From contig CACPMT010000002.1 in assembly GCA_902635045.1 (NCBI GenBank), positions 111,993 to 175,992 of the forward strand: DNA of 64,000 nucleotides, in the 5' to 3' direction. The DNA comes from an uncultured SAR86 cluster bacterium (GTDB lineage Bacteria; Pseudomonadota; Gammaproteobacteria; Magnimaribacterales; AG-339-G14). The notes under the pieces were generated by a model. That model did not search any database and was not told the DNA's origin. It was given only the letters and a program-made list of their open reading frames with translations. The position numbers and the translations under genes are program-made. Positions 19,274-29,472 of this stretch are shown here, piece by piece; the first letter of the stretch is position 1; each line of letters opens with the position of its first letter.

Positions 19274-21365
19274 TGATCAATTTTAAATTAATTTCTTCGT
19301 AGTTATTCTTTTGTTTTTTTATAAAGATAACCTCCCCAGTGATCTCAATGTTTGGTGAGTTTTTTGTCTCAATAGTTTTCCCTCGAATATCAAAAATTTG
19401 CTGGCAAGGTTTACTTTTAAAAGTAGCATTACCATCACTTGACCAGACAGCTTCTATAATCGTTTCTTCTTTTTCAACAATTAAGCAATATAGGTTTTTT
19501 TCTTGAATGAATTTTTTTGTTATGCCGCCCGAGAGTATCGCTATCAAATGCTTAAAACAAAAATAGGCATCTCTTTTTTTAATTTCTCCATCTAGGTTAT
19601 TAACCAATCCATAGCCTGGAGCAACCAATTGATGCCAGAAACATTTTTTTACTTTCCCAGAAGCTAACATCAAAAGATAATAACGAATCATATATCTTGC
19701 TTGAAGCGACTCTTCAATCAAGTATTCTGCAGAAGGTGACCATCCTCTTTTTCCTTTGAGAGGCCAATTAACTTCTGTAATGTAGAGTTCATTTGATGTT
19801 TTTCTGCTTGCGCTGGCGAGTGCGGCATATGCCTTAATCTTTGATACTGTGTTAAAACCCAACTGCTTTTCTTCTGGACTACCTCGTCTATCTACGTAAA
19901 GCTGTGTTGCAATGCCATCATAAAAGATAGATTTAAAATGAAAAATTGATCGAGCAAAAAAAGGAAGATCAAAATCGATAATATTGCTTCCAAGTAATTT
20001 AATTTTTGGGAATTTATCATTTTTAAGATCATAAGCTATTTTAAAAAATGAAAAATATTCATCTACCGATACAAACGCCCATTTTTTTCGATTTATTGAA
20101 TTTCCTATCTGAAATGTTTTCACTTCGTCACAAAGATTAGAAAAAATATAATCCAATCTTTGTTTTGTAAGGTATTTTTCTTCAATGTGTTCTCTATCTT
20201 GTAATATACAAACTAGAACATCTTTACCCTGAAGTTTTTTTATAAAACTGACATATTTTTCAATATTATCAAAATCAGCTAATGGTATTCTTACTAAGAT
20301 ATTATCGACAGCTAGCTCGTTGATCATTTCATTTAGTTCGTCATTATTTATTGACTTTTGAGATTCGACTGGCATATCAAGGTTTACGCATAACCCAAAG
20401 CTATCAATCTTTCTTTCGCAAAACTCTTTACTCTTAACAAAGAAATAAGGGCCTATGAGCAAAGCATATGCGCTAGAAGCTATTATTTTTGAATTAGCAA
20501 ACCATGACATGAAAGCTATCTTTCTCTTTAATTTTTTATTATTTAGTACATGGGGTTGGTTAGAATGATGATCCCAAGCATAAGATGATCGAGGAACCCT
20601 TAAATCTTTTGCAAAAATATTTTTTATAAATCTTTTAAACTTTGATCTCTGAAAATTTCGGTCAACGGCTCTCATAAGATAATTATTAAAGTCAGATAAA
20701 GAATTCGATGATTTATTTGCATATTCTTCTGCAAGAATTTTTATAATTTCTGGATCTCTACTAATACGCCTTAAATTTTTGACACCTGTTCTTGAGTTAA
20801 CCACTCCTTTATAAAGCCTATTAAGATCTACTAAGAAAAAGTCATAGCCATCTTCTTTTTTTTTAACGCAAATATTTCCAACAACATAATCTAAGTGCAT
20901 TATATTTTTCTCATGCAAGTTGTAGGTAAAATCAATAAAGCTTTTAAGAATATCTCTATGATCTTTAGCTTCTTTTTGTGTTGCAAATTCAAGAGTAAAA
21001 TCGTAATCAATTTGGCGGGAGATATAATAACTTTGTAAAAGACGAAACCTGTCGAATACTTCAATGAAACACAATGGCTCTGGTGTCTTTATGCCCATTT
21101 GATTTAATAATAAGGAGTGTTCGAAAGATCTTCTTGCTTTAGTTTTTCTAAAATACTTATAAATAATGCCTTGGATAAAGTTAGGCCTCTTGAATGATTT
21201 TGTAACTGTTTCTACATCTTCTAAACGCAACGTCTTAATAATATTTCTATTATTTTTTATTACGTTTTGATTTTCCTTAAAAGTTTTTTCAAAATCTTCT
21301 AAAGAAAAGCCATTTGGGAAAATTTCTTCAGAACGAAGTTCGAATTTTAATTCGTTTGATTCCAT
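19266..21365 (-). CDS. Fusion protein: N-terminal lipopolysaccharide-kinase (Kdo/WaaP/InaA)-like domain plus C-terminal clan-GH-A-like TIM-barrel domain
   Basis: Residues about 40-235 carry VTKSFK, LHEKNIMHLDYVVGNI (HxD...N catalytic loop) and FFLVDLNR. Residues about 320-615 carry FQIGNSINRKKW and LYITEVNWP, a glycosidase beta4/beta7-like pattern. Confidence 0.6.
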   Translation of the reverse strand: MESNELKFELRSEEIFPNGFSLEDFEKTFKENQNVIKNNRNIIKTLRLEDVETVTKSFKRPNFIQGIIYKYFRKTKARRSFEHSLLLNQMGIKTPEPLCFIEVFDRFRLLQSYYISRQIDYDFTLEFATQKEAKDHRDILKSFIDFTYNLHEKNIMHLDYVVGNICVKKKEDGYDFFLVDLNRLYKGVVNSRTGVKNLRRISRDPEIIKILAEEYANKSSNSLSDFNNYLMRAVDRNFQRSKFKRFIKNIFAKDLRVPRSSYAWDHHSNQPHVLNNKKLKRKIAFMSWFANSKIIASSAYALLIGPYFFVKSKEFCERKIDSFGLCVNLDMPVESQKSINNDELNEMINELAVDNILVRIPLADFDNIEKYVSFIKKLQGKDVLVCILQDREHIEEKYLTKQRLDYIFSNLCDEVKTFQIGNSINRKKWAFVSVDEYFSFFKIAYDLKNDKFPKIKLLGSNIIDFDLPFFARSIFHFKSIFYDGIATQLYVDRRGSPEEKQLGFNTVSKIKAYAALASASRKTSNELYITEVNWPLKGKRGWSPSAEYLIEESLQARYMIRYYLLMLASGKVKKCFWHQLVAPGYGLVNNLDGEIKKRDAYFCFKHLIAILSGGITKKFIQEKNLYCLIVEKEETIIEAVWSSDGNATFKSKPCQQIFDIRGKTIETKNSPNIEITGEVIFIKKQKNNYEEINLKLINE

Positions 21366-21536
21366 TTTATTTTTTTAGTTTTATGGAGTTTGTATGATAA
21401 AAACTAATTATAAAATATTAAATAACTAAAAAAAATTTAATAAACTGTTGTTATATATACTCACCCCACTAGGTAGTCGCAATTTACAAGCCCTTATGTA
21501 ACAAGAGTTGTGAGAAATCTAGGCAACTTAGCATTT

Positions 21537-21986
21537 CTAACGATCTTTTTTAGTATTTGTATTAAACCATAATGGTATAACTGCAATTAATAAGCTGCTG
21601 ATAAAAAAAACAAACACGCCAACTTTTCCTATAAGATTTCCTCCTGATGCAACAGAATCAATAAAGTTTTTGGAGGTAGCACTGATATCTATCGTCCCAT
21701 TTGCTGTATCTAGGTTAGCTAAGGAAGCGGCAGTTCCTTCCATATAAAAATTAACCCATAGACCGTTATTATAGGCATTAAGAAAAACTGCAAAAGTAAA
21801 TGCTGTAAGGATAAGTTTTAAAAAAAGGTTAGCTCCTTTTTCTATCAATACTCTAGAGAGCCAAACTGCAATTAAGATAGAAATAGCATTTGCTAAAAAT
21901 ATAATTGAAATTGATATTCTTGATTGCACAAAAACTTCCCATATCCCCAATTCGACCATACCGCTTTGCATAACTATTTCTTCCAT
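21537..21986 (-). CDS. Membrane protein, unknown function
   Basis: 149-aa ORF with 3-4 hydrophobic helices and a Gly/Ser/Thr/Asn-rich loop. No recognisable motif. Confidence 0.5.
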   Translation of the reverse strand: MEEIVMQSGMVELGIWEVFVQSRISISIIFLANAISILIAVWLSRVLIEKGANLFLKLILTAFTFAVFLNAYNNGLWVNFYMEGTAASLANLDTANGTIDISATSKNFIDSVASGGNLIGKVGVFVFFISSLLIAVIPLWFNTNTKKDR

Positions 21987-22108
21987 AATTCTCCAAAATT
22001 TATTTAATATTCAACTCCTTAACAAAATATATCATTTTATTCCCACTCCATAGTTACGTTATCTAAAACCTAAATAAAATCAATGGTTTTAAGGGTATTG
22101 AAATAGAC

Positions 22109-22128
22109 TTTGTAACTAGTTTGTAACT
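22109..22128. repeat. Tandem direct repeat TTTGTAACT-AG-TTTGTAACT
   Basis: Exact 9-mer at 22109-22117 and 22120-22128, in the 154-bp spacer between the amine oxidase stop and the start of the 21537-21986 gene. Confidence 0.6.
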
Positions 22129-22140
22129 CTTTTACCATGG

Positions 22141-23328
22141 TTATAGCTTTGTCAAAAGTTTATCGATGGAGTGATATCCGGAGACTATAGCTCCAGGAAC
22201 ACCTAGCTGATGGTGTAAGTCATAAAGTTCACCTGCAAAGAAAACTTTACCATTCAATGGTTCATTTAGTTTTTGGATTATTGACTGATTAATTTGAAAC
22301 GACTCTATCCAAGTTCCTAGTGTAAATTCGTGCCGTCCCCAGTCTTCAAAAACATATTCTCCGGTATATGCTTTAGATGCTTTTCCTTCATAAATTTTAT
22401 CCAGTTCTTCTAAAGCTTTTAAAACTATTTGTTCTTCAGATTCTAAACAGTAAAAATCCTCGACTCCGCTTCCTTGAACAAGCAAACCTAAAATATGGCT
22501 TTTAGCATCTTTCTTAAAAGCCAGATCATAATATCCCTTCTCTCCTGTTTTAGCTTTGCACATAATAATATCTGAATAAAATTTTTCTGAAAATTTCATG
22601 ACTAGTTTAAATCCAGGCATAAAAGTAATAGATTCCATTGCATCTTGCTTTTCTTTACTGAGATCAGGAATGAAATTGATATATTCAGATTTCAAGATAC
22701 CAATAGATGCAGTAACGAGCACTTTGTCTGCCTTATAAACCTGCCCAGATTTAGTTACTACATCCACTTTATCTTTAGAGTAGTCAATTTGTGTAACTGG
22801 AGAATTAAATTCGATCTTGTCTTTCACCTCTTCGGCAAAATTTTTGTCTATAAAATTAAACCACGAAGAATTCTTGAACTTAAATTCAGGGAAAAATTTA
22901 AATCTATAGGAAAAAAGTAATCTCATTTTTAACCAGCTAAAAATCTTGCCATATGAACTATAGCCAAAGTCTTTATCAATATTATAAAAAGCATCATAAG
23001 GAACGGTTTCCTCATCAACTAAATCTCCCGGCTTACCCTTAAGACGATTTAAAACAGCAGGCAAATGATGAATCCACTCTGCCCCCAAGTCGATTGGAAA
23101 ATCAGCCAAAGTTTTGTTTTCCTTTAGTCTCCCTCCATATCTGTTAGAAGCTTCAAGAACAAGATAATCAACATTATTTCGTTGTAATATTTTTGCTGCA
23201 GCCAACCCTGAAGCTCCAGCGCCTATGATGATAACTTTCCCCTCAAAGTTATATGTTTTATGTAGAGCATTATCCTCTGGAAACATATCCAGAGCTCTTG
23301 AGCCCCATCTAAAAACTTTCATTCCCAC
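22141..23328 (-). CDS. Flavin-containing amine oxidase family protein
   Basis: VIIIGAGASGLAAAKIL FAD fold, LEASNRYGGR, C-terminal FFAGE...GVPGAIVSG. Confidence 0.8.
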   Translation of the reverse strand: MGMKVFRWGSRALDMFPEDNALHKTYNFEGKVIIIGAGASGLAAAKILQRNNVDYLVLEASNRYGGRLKENKTLADFPIDLGAEWIHHLPAVLNRLKGKPGDLVDEETVPYDAFYNIDKDFGYSSYGKIFSWLKMRLLFSYRFKFFPEFKFKNSSWFNFIDKNFAEEVKDKIEFNSPVTQIDYSKDKVDVVTKSGQVYKADKVLVTASIGILKSEYINFIPDLSKEKQDAMESITFMPGFKLVMKFSEKFYSDIIMCKAKTGEKGYYDLAFKKDAKSHILGLLVQGSGVEDFYCLESEEQIVLKALEELDKIYEGKASKAYTGEYVFEDWGRHEFTLGTWIESFQINQSIIQKLNEPLNGKVFFAGELYDLHHQLGVPGAIVSGYHSIDKLLTKL

Positions 23329-24878
23329 TCTATAGTAGCAGGTGGTTTGCTAGAAATATCGTACACAACTCTCGATACCTGAGGAATTTCGTTAATTATT
23401 CGATCCGAAACTAAGTTTAAAAAATTATGATTTAATTTTGCAGCTTTTGCTGTCATAAAATCTGATGTTTCGGCTGCCCTTAAAGCAATTACATTTTCAT
23501 ATCTTCTTGCATCCCCTACTACTCCAACACTTTTAATAGGTAAAAAGACAGCAAAAGCTTGACTGACTTTGTCATAAAGTTTTCTTTTATTTAATTCATC
23601 CATAAAAATAAAATCTGCTTCTCTTAATATCTCTAAATTTTTCTTGGTTACTTCTCCAAGAGTTCTGACTGCTAATCCAGGACCAGGAAACGGGTGTCTC
23701 TTAATTAAATAATCTGGTAGTCCCAGCTCCTTGCCAATTTTCCTAACTTCATCTTTGAATAGAGAATTTAAAGGCTCTACTAGTGGTAATTTTAAATAAG
23801 ATGGTAATCCACCTACATTGTGATGAGATTTTATTACGTGTGCTTTTCCATTTTTTATTCCAGATGATTCGATTACATCGGGATAGATTGTGCCTTGTGC
23901 CAAAAAGGAAATATTTTTTAACTTTTTAGTTTCTTTTATAAAAACATCTATAAAAGTTTTTCCAATTATTTTTCTCTTTTTTTCTGGATTAGATTCCCCT
24001 TTTAAATTTTTCAAGAATAGATTTTCACTATCAGAAAAATTTATATTCAATTTTAAGCCTCGTTTTAGGTCTCTTTTAACTTGATCTGTTTCCCCTTTTC
24101 TCAATAATCCATTATCAACAAAAATACATTCTAAATTTTTGCCAATTGCCTTAGATAATAAAGCTGCAACAACTGAGGAATCTACCCCTCCCGATATTCC
24201 TAATAACACTTTTTTGTTACCAACTTGCTTTCTTATGTCCTCAATAAGAGAATTTACAATATTTTTGGGACGCCATTTTCCTTTGCATCCACAAATGTCT
24301 CTAACAAATGCTTTTAAGATTTTTTGCCCTTGGTCGGTATGAGTAACCTCAGGATGAAATTGAAAGCCAAATTTTTTTAATTTCGTATTTTCGAATGCTG
24401 CAATTGGACTATTATTGGAAGAACCTATTTTCTTAAAGCCTTTTGGCAATTTAGAAACTTTATCACCATGACTCATCCATACATTCAATTCTTTGAGATT
24501 AGTCGAAAGCCCTGCAAAAATTGAGCCCTTATTTATCTTTAACGTAGCCTTCCCAAATTCTCTTTTTTTTGAAGAACTTACTTTGCCTTTAAAATGCTTT
24601 GCCATACATTGCATGCCATAACAAATTCCTAAAATTGGAATCTCACTATCCATTAGTTTTGAATCAAATTTTAAAGCTTTTTCGCTATAGACCGATTCAG
24701 GTCCACCTGACATTATCACACCAGAAGCTTTCAATTCTTTGATTTTCTTTAGTGAAGTTTCGTGCGGGTGTATTTCTGAATAAACTCCTGATTCTCTAAT
24801 TCTTCTAGCTATTAATTGAGTATATTGAGAACCAAAATCTAAAATTATAATTTTTTCGGAAGTTATAACTTTTTCCAC
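23319..24878 (-). CDS. guaA: GMP synthase (glutamine-hydrolysing)
   Basis: GATase ILGICYGMQ, ATP-PPase GISGGVDSSV, C-terminal PPATIEWE. Confidence 0.95.
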   Translation of the reverse strand: MEKVITSEKIIILDFGSQYTQLIARRIRESGVYSEIHPHETSLKKIKELKASGVIMSGGPESVYSEKALKFDSKLMDSEIPILGICYGMQCMAKHFKGKVSSSKKREFGKATLKINKGSIFAGLSTNLKELNVWMSHGDKVSKLPKGFKKIGSSNNSPIAAFENTKLKKFGFQFHPEVTHTDQGQKILKAFVRDICGCKGKWRPKNIVNSLIEDIRKQVGNKKVLLGISGGVDSSVVAALLSKAIGKNLECIFVDNGLLRKGETDQVKRDLKRGLKLNINFSDSENLFLKNLKGESNPEKKRKIIGKTFIDVFIKETKKLKNISFLAQGTIYPDVIESSGIKNGKAHVIKSHHNVGGLPSYLKLPLVEPLNSLFKDEVRKIGKELGLPDYLIKRHPFPGPGLAVRTLGEVTKKNLEILREADFIFMDELNKRKLYDKVSQAFAVFLPIKSVGVVGDARRYENVIALRAAETSDFMTAKAAKLNHNFLNLVSDRIINEIPQVSRVVYDISSKPPATIEWE

Positions 24879-24882
24879 AAAT

Positions 24883-26358
24883 TTAACTCATTCTGTAATT
24901 TGGCGCTTCTTTGGTAACACTTACATCATGAACATGACTTTCAACAATTCCCGAAGAAGTAATTTGCATAAATTTAGGTTTGCTTTTCATAGTTTTGATG
25001 TCGGTACAACCGGTATAGCCCATGCTTTGTCTTAGTCCGCCCAGAATTTGATGAAGTGTGGTTTCAACAAAACCTTTATAAGGCACCCTTCCTTCAATAC
25101 CTTCAGGGACTAATTTATCAGTTTGAGAAATATTTTCCTGAAAATATCTATCTCCAGAATTTGACTCTCCTGACATTGCCCCTACCGAGCCCATTCCACG
25201 ATAAGATTTGTAGCTACGTCCTTGATAAAGTTCTACTTGTCCCGGTGCTTCTTCGGTTCCAGCTAAGATTCCGCCTAACATAACTGTATCTGCCCCAGCA
25301 GCAATCGCTTTTGCAATATCTCCAGAGAACCTAATTCCCCCATCCGCAATAATCGGTATTCCTTTTTTTCCGATTGCTTCAACGACATTGGCAATAGCAG
25401 TAATTTGTGGCACGCCAACTCCTGTAACAACCCTTGTAGTGCAAATCGAGCCAGGGCCAATACCAACTTTTACAGCATCAACTCCTGCTTTGACTAAAGC
25501 CTCTGCTCCCTCACCAGTTGCGACATTTCCAGCGATTACTTGAATATCTGGATACGTTTTTTTTACTGATGCTACTCTTTCTAAAATTCCTTTTGAGTGG
25601 CCATGAGCACTATCGACGACAATAATATCTACTCCAGCGTTAATTAAAGCTTCTAATCTATCTTCTGTTTCGGCACCATTACCTATTGCTGCTCCAGTTA
25701 ATAATCTACCCTCAAAATCTTTTGAAGCTAAAGGAAAATCTTTCGTTTTATTTATATCCTTCAAAGTCACAAGTCCTTGTAAAGAAAAACTATCATCGAC
25801 TAATGGGATCTTTTCTATTCTGTTTTCATATAAAAGTTTTTTAACTTGATCTAAGCTTTCATTTTCTTTTGCCGTTACAAGTCTTTCTCTGGGTGTCATA
25901 ATCGTTGACACGCATGCTGATATGTCCGAGACATTTCTATAATCACGAGAAGTCACTATCCCAACTAAGTGCTTTTCATCTACTACTGGCATGCCAGATA
26001 TATTCAGATCTTTGGTCAACTGGATTAATTCGCCAATGGATTTATCTGAGGAAATTGTGATTGGGTCTCGGACAATTCCACTTTCAAATTTTTTAACAGA
26101 AGAAACTTGTTGAGCTTGGTCCTTTATAGACAAATTTTTATGAATAATTCCTATACCTCCAAATTCAGCAAGTGCTATAGCCATTCTTGCTTCAGTAACA
26201 GTATCCATAGCAGCAGATACAATTGGTATTTTTAAGGATATATTTTTTGTTAATAAAGTGCTTAAATCAACATCTTGAGGAAGAACCTCAGAGTAATCAG
26301 GCACAAGGAGAACGTCGTCGAAAGTTAAAGCTTGATTTGCTAAACGCAACATTTTCAA
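24883..26358 (-). CDS. guaB: IMP dehydrogenase
   Basis: [13 protein letters not shown] pair, [19 protein letters not shown]. Confidence 0.95.
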   Translation of the reverse strand: MKMLRLANQALTFDDVLLVPDYSEVLPQDVDLSTLLTKNISLKIPIVSAAMDTVTEARMAIALAEFGGIGIIHKNLSIKDQAQQVSSVKKFESGIVRDPITISSDKSIGELIQLTKDLNISGMPVVDEKHLVGIVTSRDYRNVSDISACVSTIMTPRERLVTAKENESLDQVKKLLYENRIEKIPLVDDSFSLQGLVTLKDINKTKDFPLASKDFEGRLLTGAAIGNGAETEDRLEALINAGVDIIVVDSAHGHSKGILERVASVKKTYPDIQVIAGNVATGEGAEALVKAGVDAVKVGIGPGSICTTRVVTGVGVPQITAIANVVEAIGKKGIPIIADGGIRFSGDIAKAIAAGADTVMLGGILAGTEEAPGQVELYQGRSYKSYRGMGSVGAMSGESNSGDRYFQENISQTDKLVPEGIEGRVPYKGFVETTLHQILGGLRQSMGYTGCTDIKTMKSKPKFMQITSSGIVESHVHDVSVTKEAPNYRMS

Positions 26359-26389
26359 ATTATACAGAAAGAATTTTAAAAAAAAAGCT

Positions 26390-27640
26390 ATGACTAGTGT
26401 GACAAAATTCAGGGGTTGGCAAATGGTCTACACAGGAATGATGATGGAATTTTCTGTTGTAGGATTTGTTTTTTACTGTTTTCCATTAATGTTTTCAGAA
26501 TTGGAAAAAGACCTTGGTGCTTCACAAACACAATTATCAAGTGCCTTATCTTTATTTTTTATTTTCTCAACAATTGCTTCAATATTTTTAGGAAGAATAC
26601 TGGATAAATATTCTATAAAAGGGATTATGACACTGGGTGGGATAATTTTTAGCTTTGGCCTTTTTTCAATTGCTTTTGTTGAAAATACTCTGAGCTTGCT
26701 AATAATTTATGCAACATTAATTGCAATAGGTGGGCCAGCTCTAGGTAATTTATCTATTACCAAATTAGTTGCTAATTGGTTTGATGCTAAAGCCGGAATC
26801 GCATTAGGTATTGCGGCTATTGGTATTTCTTTTTCAGGAGTTGTTCTTCCTATTTTGGTTGATCCTTTAATAGACTTAATTGGCTGGCGAAATGTTTATT
26901 TGGTTTTTGCTTCTATTGTAATTCTTGTTCTTTTACCCGTTGTAAGAATAGTAGTTATCAATACTCCTGAAGAGATTGGACAAAAAAAAGATGACTCCGA
27001 GTTCAAACCTTCTTCAAATTTAGATCAAACACTATTAAAAATTTCTGATTTTTTTAAATCAAAAATTTTTTGGATAATATCACTTACCTTTGCCTTTCAA
27101 TTTTTTGCTATGGGAGGAGTTTTGCTCCATCTCCCGTTGCACTCGGAAAAAGTTGGCTTTAACGAAACTTTTTTCCTTTTAGCCTTTCCAATTAAACAAT
27201 ATGTTTTTGCTTATTCAGTTGCCGCATTTGGAGGTGTTGTTGGTAAAGTCTTATTTGGCTACTTGGTTGATAAATTAAATCCAAATAAACCGGTAATGAT
27301 TATGATGTTAATGCAGTCACTGGGAATCTTTGGCATCACCTTTTCTGGAGGTTTCCTGTTTTTCACCTTCTTTTGTTTTATGTTTGGGCTAGGGTTCGGT
27401 GGTGCAATGGTTTTAATGAGTGCATGTTTTTTAAAAGCTTTTGGATCGGTCAATCTCGGCTCAGTTAGAGGTTTTTCTGGAATGATAGTAGTGCCGCTTC
27501 AGCCAGTTGGAATATTTTTTGTAGGAAGAGCCTTTGATTTAAATTTTTACCTTGAAGCTTTTCAAATAATGGGTTTAGTTACTCTAATAGGATTTATAGT
27601 GGGTTCGAGAATCATAATACCTAAAGTTCAATCAGCATAA
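26390..27640 (+). CDS. MFS transporter (oxalate/formate-antiporter-like)
   Basis: About 12 TM helices in two halves with a central loop. The start is uncertain because only 31 bp separate it from guaB. Confidence 0.7.
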   Translation: MTSVTKFRGWQMVYTGMMMEFSVVGFVFYCFPLMFSELEKDLGASQTQLSSALSLFFIFSTIASIFLGRILDKYSIKGIMTLGGIIFSFGLFSIAFVENTLSLLIIYATLIAIGGPALGNLSITKLVANWFDAKAGIALGIAAIGISFSGVVLPILVDPLIDLIGWRNVYLVFASIVILVLLPVVRIVVINTPEEIGQKKDDSEFKPSSNLDQTLLKISDFFKSKIFWIISLTFAFQFFAMGGVLLHLPLHSEKVGFNETFFLLAFPIKQYVFAYSVAAFGGVVGKVLFGYLVDKLNPNKPVMIMMLMQSLGIFGITFSGGFLFFTFFCFMFGLGFGGAMVLMSACFLKAFGSVNLGSVRGFSGMIVVPLQPVGIFFVGRAFDLNFYLEAFQIMGLVTLIGFIVGSRIIIPKVQSA

Positions 27641-27975
27641 ATTGAATCAGTTTTAGCAGCGGCTATAAAATCATTTTTGTGCAAACCCTTAATTTTATGT
27701 GACCACCAACTTACTGTTACCTTGCCCCATTCCAGAACTATCTCAGGATGATGGTCTTCAAGTTCTGCCATAGCAGCAACTTTTGAAACAAAACTCAAAC
27801 CTTCCATGTAGGTTTTAAAAGCAAAACTGCAGCTTAGTCTATCGATATCATCAATAGTTAATATCTCCCATGCTGGAATATTAGGCTTTAATTCTTCAAT
27901 TTCTTCCTTAGTTACTAAGGGAGCATCTGCATGACAAGCTTCACAAGAATTATTTGTTAGATCGTTTTTATCCAT
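27628..27975 (-). CDS. phhB: Pterin-4a-carbinolamine dehydratase
   Basis: LEDHHPEI active-site block, about 115 aa. Confidence 0.85.
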   Translation of the reverse strand: MDKNDLTNNSCEACHADAPLVTKEEIEELKPNIPAWEILTIDDIDRLSCSFAFKTYMEGLSFVSKVAAMAELEDHHPEIVLEWGKVTVSWWSHKIKGLHKNDFIAAAKTDSIYAD

Positions 27976-27976
27976 T

Positions 27977-29386
27977 TTAATTTATTCCTCCTTTTGTTAG
28001 CTTTAAGGGATCAAGTATTTTTTTTAATTTCGCCTCCGTAAGGTCAGTTTCCTCCATTGCAACTTCTATGATGGGCCTATCTTCACTATATGCTTTTTTG
28101 GCTATCGCAGCAGCTTTTGAGTATCCAATAATAGGATTTAATGCTGTTACTAAAATTGGATTTTTATTTAAAGCATTCTCCAGTGATTTTTTATTAATTT
28201 TAAAAGATTTAATCGTTTTTTCAGCTAGAACGTTCATGCTTCCAGTTAATAAAGCAATACTTTTCAAAAGATTATAAGCAATAACAGGGAGCATAACATT
28301 GAGTTGAAAATTTCCTGACTGAGCGGCAACAGTTATAGTGACGTCATTTCCAATAACATCAGCAGCAGCCATGGCCACAGCCTCAGGTATTACAGGATTA
28401 ACCTTACCAGGCATAATACTGCTGCCAGGTTGCAAGCCTTTTAACTCTATCTCTGACAATCCTGCCAAAGGTCCAGAATTCATCCACCTAAGATCATTTG
28501 AAATTTTCATTAAAGTTACTGCGAGGTTTTTTAACTCTCCTGAAACTTGCACAGCTGTATCTTGAGAACTTAATTCATGGAAAAAATTGTCACTAGACAT
28601 TGCTTTACATTTTCCTCCTGTTAAAACCGAAAGTTCTTTTGCGAAAGTTTTAGCAAACCTAGGATGAGCATTAATGCCTGTACCAACTGCGGTACCTCCC
28701 AAAGGCATTTCCAAAAGCCTTTTTTCTAAAAAGGCTAAAGTTTTTTTTGAATTCTGTAACTGAGCAGTCCAAGCAGAAAGTTCCTGTGAAATTTCCAAAG
28801 GCATTGCATCCATTAAATGAGTTCTGCCAGTTTTGATAATTCCCTTTAATAAAATTTCCTTTTTTTTAATTTCTGAAATTAATTTATCAAGCGCAGGATA
28901 TAGTTTTTCAGTAAGATCTTTATAAGCGCTTACCTTAATAGCAGTTGGAATGACATCATTGCTACTTTGACTCATATTTACGTCATCATTTGGATCAATT
29001 TGAATGCCGCCATACTTAGTAGCTAGATTTGCTATTACTTCATTCGCATTCATATTGGAACTTGTTCCAGAGCCGGTTTGGAAAACATCAAGTGGGAACT
29101 CTTCATTGCGTTTGCTTTGCCAAACTTCTTTAGAGGCCCTAGAGATCGCATTAGCTTTTTTTGACCCAAGAAGGTTTAATTTTTTATTAGCTCTTGCAGC
29201 AGCATCTTTAATTAATCCAAGTGAATCTACAAACGAATTAGTGAAAGGAAAATCCATCTTTATTCCGCTAATCGGAAAATTTTCTACGGCCCTTTGGGTT
29301 TGTGCCCCGTATAAAGCATTTTTAGGAACTAATACTTCACCCAAACTATCTTTTTCTACACGAAATCCCTTTTTTATTTTTGCCAT
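27977..29386 (-). CDS. fumC: Class II fumarate hydratase
   Basis: GSSIMPGKVNP signature and TGSGTSSNMNANEV. I prefer the ATG at 29386 (MAKIKKGFRVEKDSLG, 469 aa) over 29419. Confidence 0.95.
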   Translation of the reverse strand: MAKIKKGFRVEKDSLGEVLVPKNALYGAQTQRAVENFPISGIKMDFPFTNSFVDSLGLIKDAAARANKKLNLLGSKKANAISRASKEVWQSKRNEEFPLDVFQTGSGTSSNMNANEVIANLATKYGGIQIDPNDDVNMSQSSNDVIPTAIKVSAYKDLTEKLYPALDKLISEIKKKEILLKGIIKTGRTHLMDAMPLEISQELSAWTAQLQNSKKTLAFLEKRLLEMPLGGTAVGTGINAHPRFAKTFAKELSVLTGGKCKAMSSDNFFHELSSQDTAVQVSGELKNLAVTLMKISNDLRWMNSGPLAGLSEIELKGLQPGSSIMPGKVNPVIPEAVAMAAADVIGNDVTITVAAQSGNFQLNVMLPVIAYNLLKSIALLTGSMNVLAEKTIKSFKINKKSLENALNKNPILVTALNPIIGYSKAAAIAKKAYSEDRPIIEVAMEETDLTEAKLKKILDPLKLTKGGIN

Positions 29387-29472
29387 ATTTTTTTTAATGT
29401 TTAGAATACAATTGTACAAAATATTTATTTAAATAAATGATTTAAATGCATAATTATTTAATGGAGTGAATT

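Noticed and set aside
1265-23328. The whole left third of the window as a genomic island or prophage.
   Set aside because: No integrase, transposase, tRNA, phage structural genes or flanking direct repeats were seen. The composition looks the same by eye as the core region. It is better described as lineage-typical accessory metabolism than as a mobile island.
15127-26358. guaC and guaB as a possible duplication or repeat pair about 9 kb apart.
   Set aside because: They are ancient paralogues. guaB has the CBS insert and guaC does not, and the two have distinct N-termini and normal housekeeping functions. There is no nucleotide-level repeat.
26416-26607. 63-aa plus-strand ORF just downstream of the MFS start.
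   Set aside because: It is an alternative frame within the MFS transporter CDS, and the MFS frame gives coherent TM helices throughout.
29004-29432. Long antisense ORFs inside conserved genes: 29004-29432 opposite fumC, 40141-40527 and 39793-40068 opposite sucD, 41019-41399 and 40665-40970 opposite sucC, 15758-16087 opposite guaC, 34176-34511 opposite the ACAD gene, 43307-43610 opposite sdhA, and 50034-50409 opposite ispG.
   Set aside because: Each lies wholly inside a gene with unmistakable family motifs on the other strand. Their translations are low-complexity (Ser/Pro/Leu/Phe-rich) with no recognisable motifs. They look like shadow ORFs produced by the codon bias of the real gene.
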